Shown: piece after piece, positions 8,200 through 14,957 of the stretch
Layout: each line of letters begins with the position of its first letter
Position numbering within the stretch: the stretch's first letter is position 1
Source: Paraspadella gotoi
Lineage: Eukaryota > Animalia > Chaetognatha
NCBI GenBank assembly: GCA_051294375.1
Contig: CM119268.1
Span: 20,012,574-20,027,530, forward strand
Reading direction: 5' to 3'
Length of the DNA: 14,957 bases
Program-made: the position numbers and the translations under genes
Notes under the pieces: generated by a model
Databases searched by the model: none
Told to the model about the DNA's origin: nothing
The model's input: only the letters and a program-made list of their open reading frames with translations

Positions 8200-11100
8200 C
8201 CCCTTCCCCCCTAGCTCTCTCCCCTCCCCCCCTCCCCCCCCCCTAGCTCCTCCCCCCCCCCCCCCCTACCCCCCCTAACTCCCCCCCCCCCTACCCCCCC
8301 TAACTCCCCCCCCCCCCCCCCCCCTTCCCCCACCCCCCCCCCCTCCCCCCCCTCCCCCCCCCTCCCACCCCCCCACTCCCCCTCTCCCCCCCGCCCCTCC
8401 CGCCCCCCCTCGCCCCCCCCCCCCCCCTAAAGTCCCCCTAGACCTAACCCCCCCCCGACCGGCCCTAATAACCCCCCCTAACCTATTCCCCCCCTACCTA
8501 ATCCCCCCGCCCCTCCTACTCCCTTATCCCCCCCGCCCTCCCTCCGCCTCCTAAATCCCTCTGCCCCCCCTCCCCCCCCCCTTAAATACCCCCCTCCAGG
8601 GCCCTCCCCTCCCTACGCCCCGCCCCGCCCCCCACTCCCCCCCACCCCTCCCCCTCTCCCCCCTTCCCTCCCCTAAACCCCTACGCCCCTAACGCCCCCC
8701 CCTGCACCCTCCCCTCCCTACTTGCCCTCCCGCCTATCCCTCTCCCCTCCCCCCACTAATCCCCCCCCCCCACTAAACGAACCCCCTATATCCTCCCCCC
8801 CCCACCCCCCACCCCCTCCCCCGCCCCCCTACCCCCCCCCTAAAATTCCCTAACACCTACCCCCCCCTACCCCCCCTACTTCCGGCTCCCCTCCCCTCCC
8901 CACCTACACACACTCCCCCCCTCCTTTCCTCCCCCCCCCTCCCTTCCCCTCCCTCCCCTCAACCCTTTCACTAAAACCGCCCCTCTCCCTTTAATAACCC
9001 CCACCCTGAAACTAACCCCCTTCCCCTAGACCCCTACTCCCCTAAAGAATCCCCTTCTAAACCCCCTAACCCCTCCTAAAGAACGCCCCCCTACCTTTTT
9101 CCTCCCCCCCCCCCGCCTCCCCCTAACCCTAGAGGGCCAGCCTCTCGCTTCCCACTCTTGCCCCCCCCCTAATTCCTTCCCCTTACCCCCTGTCCTACCC
9201 CCGTCCCCCCCCGCCCCTACTCCCCACACCTCCCCTCTCCCCCCCCTAACTAACCCCCCCCCCCCCTCCCCTCTCCCCCCCCCCACCTACCCCCCCCCCC
9301 CCCTCCCCACTACCCTCTACCACCCCCCTCCCCTCCTCCCCCCCCCCTCTTCCCTCCCTCCCTCCCCCCCCTCCTAAACCCCCCCCGCCCCTACCCCCCC
9401 ACTAAACGCCCCCCCCCAAAATCCACCTCCCCCCCGTATTATCCCCCATGGAGGCCCCTCCCCCTCCCTCCCCCTACCCCCTCCCGCCCCCTTCCCCCGC
9501 CCCCCCTCCCACCCCTCCTCCCCCTCCTGAACCTTCCTTCTGAGAACCCCTCCTCCGCTTACTATCCCTCCCCTCCTAAACCCTCCCCCCCTTCAAACCC
9601 CCCCCTAGGGCCTTAACTAGCCCTTTTAGAACGGCGCAACCCTCTCATGGGATAAGGCTAATCCCCGCCCCCCCCCACTATCCCCTCCCCCCTCCCCCTA
9701 ACCCTCTACCCCCTCCGCCCCCCCCCCTGACCTACCTTCTACCCGCCTAGAAGCCGCCTACAACCCCTAAGACGCACTCCTTACCTAACGCCTGAACTCC
9801 CTACCCCCCCCCCTCTCCCCTACTCTCCCTCCCCCCTCCCTCTCCCCTCTCCTTCTTCACCCGTTCCTCCGCCCCCCCCCTAACCCCCTCCCCCTCCCCC
9901 CCCCCCCCCCCCCCTCCCCCCTACCCTCCCTCCCCTAATCCTCCCTATATCACACCCCCCTCCCTCCCCCCTCTAAAAAACCGCCACCTACCCCCCCCCC
10001 CCCTCCCTCTTCCTCCCTCTCTCCTATCCTTCCCCCCTACCCCCTAGCCCTACTTACCCCCCCCTCCCTCCCGTACACCTCCCCCTTATACTCCTCCTAC
10101 CTATACCCCCTTACTCCCCCTAACTTCCCCACCCCGATAGACCTCCCTGAACTAAATTTACTCCCCTTCCCTCCCCCTCCCTCTACTCCCCCTAAATACA
10201 ACCCCCCTAAACCACCCTCCTTCCTACCCTACTCTCCCCCCCCCCCTACCCCCCCTCCCCCCCCTCCCCCCCCCCTTCCCTCTTTTCTTACCTCCCCCTT
10301 CCCCCCACTGGGTACGCTCCCCCCCTCTCCCCCCCCCCCCCTCCCCCCCCTCCTTACTCCCCCTACCCCCTATTCCCTTAAATTACTTATCTCCCCCTAA
10401 CCCCCCTACCCTCCCCCCCTAATACCCTCCCATCTCTACCCTCCCCCTCCCCCTTTTCCCGTCCTTCCCTACTATACCCCCTTTTAACCACCTCCTCTCC
10501 CCCCCCCCCCCCCCCCCCCCCTCTCCTCCCTCCTAACTCCCCTATAAGTTCTAACCTACTACCCCCCCCCCCCCCCACCCTCCCCCCCCCCCTTCCACCC
10601 CCCCTACCCTTTACCCCCCTCCCTCCCCCTTCCCCCTACCCCCCCTCCCCCCCCCCTTCTTAAATCTCCCCACCGCTTCAAAAAACTACCCCCACCTTCC
10701 TCCTAACCCTCCCTGCCCCCTCTTCCCCCCCCCCCCCTCCTCCCTAACCCCCCCTTACCCCCGCTTCCCCCCTAATACTAACCCCCCTCCCCTACCCTCC
10801 CACCCCCCCCCCTAACCCCCCTCCCGCCCTACCTCCCCCCCCCCCCCTCCCCCCCCCCCTACCTACTATCCCCCTTACACCCCCCTACCCCTGGCGCCCA
10901 CCCCCTCTCGTAGCCCCACCCCCCCCCCCCCACTGCCTAACCCCCCCCCTAACGCTAGGAACCCCCGCCCCCCCCCCTAAACCCCCTTCCCCCTCCCTCC
11001 CTACCTCCCCGTCTCCTAACCTCTCCCCTATAACCCTACCTAGCTACCCTCCCCTGCCTACCTACCCGTCGCCTCCTCGAACCCTCGCACCTTACTGCCC

Positions 11101-12840
11101 TAACCCTACTTCCCCCCCGCCCCCTCCGCCCCCCCCTATCTAGCCGGCTATCCCTCTAACCCCACACATACTCCACACCCTCTGCTGCTCCCCCCCCCCT
11201 CCCCCTCCCTTTCAGACCACCGCATGGCCCACTCCTACCCTATAAAACCCGCCCCACCACACCCTCCCCCCCCACTAACCCCCCCTAAGCCCTAAGTCCT
11301 CCCTCTCCCCGGCTCCCCCCTCCTACTCCCCCCCCCCTCACCCCTCAAACCTAACCCCTCCCTAAATCCCCTCCTCTAACACCCCCCTCTCCCCCCCCCC
11401 CCCTACCCCCTAAAGAACCTACCTTACAAAACTACCCCCACGCTTACACTTCCCCCCTTCCTCGCTTCGACCACCGCCCCCCCGCCCCTCCCCTGAAAAA
11501 ATCCCCCTCTCTACCCTAACTACTCCCCCCCCCTACACGTCCCCCTCCCCCCCCCTCCCCCCCTAGCCCTCCCGCCTCCTCCCCTACCCCCCTCTCTACG
11601 CTCCCCCTACCCCTAAACTACCCTCCCCTCCCCCCCTCCCCCCCCCTCCCCCCCTCTCCCTCCCCTTAATTATCCTACCTCCCTGCTAAACCCCTACAAA
11701 TACCTCCCTCTAACTAAACCCCCTCCTACCCCCTCCCCTACCGCCCCCTACACCTACCCCCTCGCCCCCTCCTCTCCTCCCCCCCAACAACCTAAATCCC
11801 GCGTCCCCCTCCTCCCCATACCCCCCCCCCGCTAACCCTACCTAGCCCCCCCCCCTACCCCCCCCTCCCCCCTAACCCACCCCCCCCTCACTCCCCCCCC
11901 CCCCCTCCCTCCCTCTACTGCCCCTACCCCCCCCCAAACCCCACCCCTACACTCTAAATAACTAAATCCCCCCCCCCTCCCACTAATCTAGTGACCCGCG
12001 CTCTACCTCCTACTTAACCCCCTCGCGCGCCCCCCTCCCCCTTAACCCCCCCCCCCCCCCCTTGCTCCCCCATCCCCTCCCGCCCTGCCCCTTCTCCCGG
12101 CTCCCCCTTGCCCCCCCCCCCCTTTCCCCCTATAAAACGTTCTCCCCTTCCTTCTATCTTACTCCCTCCCCCTCCCTGCCCTCGCCCCTCCCCTAACTCC
12201 CCTCCTCCCCCTGCTCTTCTGCCCTAACCCCTCCTCCCCTTCCTCCCGATTCCTCTTCCTAAACTACACCTACCTCTTTATGTGTCCCCTCCTTCCACCA
12301 CAAAAGACCCAACTAACCCTTAAAAAAGTACTGGACCCCTCCCCCCTCTAATTAAACACTAAACTACTCTCAACACCACAATATCAACCCTAAGCCGCCC
12401 ACTAACCACTTACTCTACACTAGCGCCCTCCCCCCCCCCACCACCACATGAAGACGCCCAAACACAGTAATAAGACATAGCCACATCAGACCCCTATTGT
12501 TGAGCCCCCCTGCACTTAACTCTCCCACCAGCCTGAAATGACTCGCTCGCACCTAATACCCCTTCCCTCTGCCGATGACGTTTCTGCTAACCAGCCGCCC
12601 CCCTCCGCCCCGACTGAGCACCACTCCCTCTGCCCCCCCCGCGAAACCCTCCCTACCCCCCCTCTCCTCCCCTCCCCCTTAATTGCTCCCCCCCTCCCCC
12701 ACACCCCCCCCTACCCCCCTATTCCCTCCCCCCCTACGCCCCCCCACAGCCTTAACCTTCCCTCCTACCCCGTCCTAACCCTCTACCTCCCCCCCCCTCC
12801 ATCCCCCCTCCCCTCCCCCTCTTCCCCCTCTCCTTCCTAA
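8200..12840. repeat. Extreme C-rich, G-depleted low-complexity tract; probably low-quality long-read fill
   Basis: About 4.6 kb of poly-C runs broken by T, TA, TAA and TAC, with no stable period visible. Its ORFs are only Gly- or Pro-rich. Confidence 0.9.
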
Positions 12841-13869
12841 CATCACACGCTTCCTTAAACAATCCCTTAAGAAACACACTAACCCGCACCTATAGATAAA
12901 CAAGAAGGAACCCAGTAGAATGCTGGGGGTGCGTGTACGGCGGGGAGTGTGTGTGGGCGATCGTTTTTTTTAGGTGTTGTTTTGGAAAAATATTGAGGGG
13001 GATGAGATTGTAACGAAAATCGAAGGAGATGATTGATTTGAAGACCGAAAAAGCTTTCTAGTAAATTAGCTGAATGTTAGACGAGAGGGGTATGGGGGAG
13101 TGTTCAGTGCTGGCTCGGACATAGCTAATCAATTAAGTTTTTACGCTGTGGGATATACGCAAGAAGGGAGAGAGACCATGAATGAGTTCGTGGGCTGTAG
13201 AATTGCCGCTCAGGCGGTTGTTTATATGTATTCTTGCTGCAGAATCGAGGGCTGGGAGACATTGGTTCAGGAAATTCGAAGCCGGAACCGAAGAACTGTT
13301 CTGGACTTGGTATTGCAGACTGGGTGACTTGTGCTGTCGCTTGCGGATCCTCCAGGTGTGGTCGTGTTCAGGGTGTGTGGGGAGTGGGGGGGGGGAAAGG
13401 GGAAGAGACTTGTTGGGCTTTAGGGGGGGGGTGCGGAGCCGGGGGGGGGGCATTTCCGGCCAACTTCACCTTCACTCCATCGTAGCCATGGAACGGTCCT
13501 GGGCTTTAGAACCAGGCTGGAGCAGAGATGTGGAAGCTGATCGGATGTCCTCTTTCCGCACTGCCTACACGACAATGCGGCGCTTCCAGACCCCTCCCGC
13601 ATCCGTGTTTCGGGAATGCAATCCTCTACTTTCTTTTAGCCCCGGATCCTGCTTCGGTTTCTCTCGACGTGCAACACTCGCTTCCTTCTTTTTAGAAATT
13701 TTATATTTGGTTATATTTATAAAAAATACTCTCTTTGACATGTAATCATTCGCGCGTTAGATTTAATCTTTTTAACATCATCTTTTTGTAATTAACAATA
13801 ACAAGTTGAAATTTTTTCTATGAAACATTTTTAAGAGACTCTGTAGATTTCTTGTGGTGCTATTAAACT

Positions 13870-14310
13870 CTCTCTTTCGTCTTCTTCGAGGTGGAAATGA
13901 GGTTTACAACTGTAAACATACAAATACTCTCTCTTTCCCTATCTTCTCGCCGCTTCTCTCTTTCTTTTCTCTCACTCAATCTCTCTCTTAACTATCAACG
14001 CTCTCTCTTGACACTTCTCAATTATTCAACCTTATCAATCTCTCTCTCTCTCAATGCAGACAACTCTTTCTTATGAAACATCTAAAAATTCAATACAAAA
14101 ATCAGCCTCTCATCATAAACTCTACTCCTCCACATTTACTCTCCTTTCATACTCTTTCCAATACTCTAAACTCTAATCTACTTCCTTAATTACTCTCATT
14201 CACATCCTCTATCTATTAATTTACTACTCTTGCTATTTCATTCTCTCATCTATATTTTTTTAAACGCTCTCTCATACTCTCTGTGTAGTGAATCCATTTA
14301 ACTATACTTA
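13870..14310. repeat. CT-rich, G-depleted low-complexity region
   Basis: Many short (CT)n runs and very few G; ends abruptly where pol homology begins. Confidence 0.7.
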
Positions 14311-14317
14311 TCCATTT

Positions 14318-14957
14318 GCGCCACTCCGCGCCGCCAACGACACGCCCATCGAAACCTTTGGCATTCGAGAAATGGGGATTAGACTGGGAAAACGCGTTTT
14401 CCCTTATCTCGTCATTATCGCCGACGTCGCCACGCCCATTCTCGGCGCCGACTTTTTGATGGAGCATCATCTCGGCGTTGATCATCAACGCCGTATCCTC
14501 CTCGACCTCGACGACTACATGGTCATTTCTGGCCATGCCCACGACGCCGCCTCAGCCGCGGCGCCGCCCCGCGTTTTACACGTCCGCGATGCCTACTCCG
14601 CGCTTCTTGATGAGCGACCGGAACTTACAAAGCTCGTCTTCAACTCGGCGCCGCCCAAGCACGGCGTCGAACACCATATCCCAACGAAAGGTCCGCCCGT
14701 CTTCGCCCGCGCCCGCCGTCTCGCCCCCGATCAGCTTGCCGCCGCCAAAGCCGAGTTTGAAAAAATGTTGGAACTCGGCATAATCCGACGATCCACTTCC
14801 GCTTGGGCGTCGCCGCTTCACGTTACACGGAAACCCGATGGCTCTCTCCGTCCATGCGGCGACTACCGGCGCCTCAATGGCGTCACCGTCGACGACCGCT
14901 ACCCAATTCGCCACCTCATGGACTTTAACGCCGACGTCGCCGGGAAGACGGTCTTCT
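14318..14957 (+). CDS. pol: Gypsy Pol fragment: protease C-terminal half and RT N-terminus (runs off the window; absent from the ORF track)
   Basis: Manual translation, stop-free: APLRAANDTPIETFGIREMGIRLGKRVFPYLVIIADVATPILGADFLMEHHLGVD...KHGVEHHIPTKGPPVFARARRLAPDQLAAAKAEFEKMLELGIIRRSTSAWASPLHVTRKPDGSLRPCGDYRRLNGVTVDDRYPIRHLMDFNADVAGKTVF. Contains the retropepsin ILGADFL motif and RT motifs WASP and CGDYRRLN. Confidence 0.96.

Noticed and set aside
9026-12840. Gly-rich and Pro-rich (extensin-like) ORFs
   Set aside because: Direct translations of poly-C/poly-G runs with no codon periodicity.
14246-14914. Three short ORFs in the supplied track
   Set aside because: Off-frame or antisense to the real pol frame starting at 14318.

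Overview
This looks like eukaryotic, probably invertebrate, draft-assembly sequence, dominated by one Ty3/Gypsy LTR retrotransposon family whose features point to the CsRn1 clade. The element is present in pieces. An indel-riddled 5' half (LTR, PBS, gag, protease, RT start) lies on the minus strand at 1-2667. A clean RT-RNaseH-integrase reading frame lies on the plus strand at 2669-4298, followed by a 25-N gap, an indel-riddled integrase tail, a PPT and a 3' LTR (5424-5647). A second clean protease/RT-start fragment sits at 14318-14957, and its last 39 nt are identical to 2667-2705. Reverse-complementing 1-2667 restores a contiguous ~5.65 kb element. Between the pieces are AT-rich flanking DNA, a weak SINE-like candidate, a ~4.6 kb extremely C-rich tract and CT-rich low-complexity DNA. 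Most of the odd structure is best explained by hybrid short/long-read assembly artefact. I found no convincing new biological system; the most useful real biology is a divergent, reconstructable and possibly recently active retrotransposon family.
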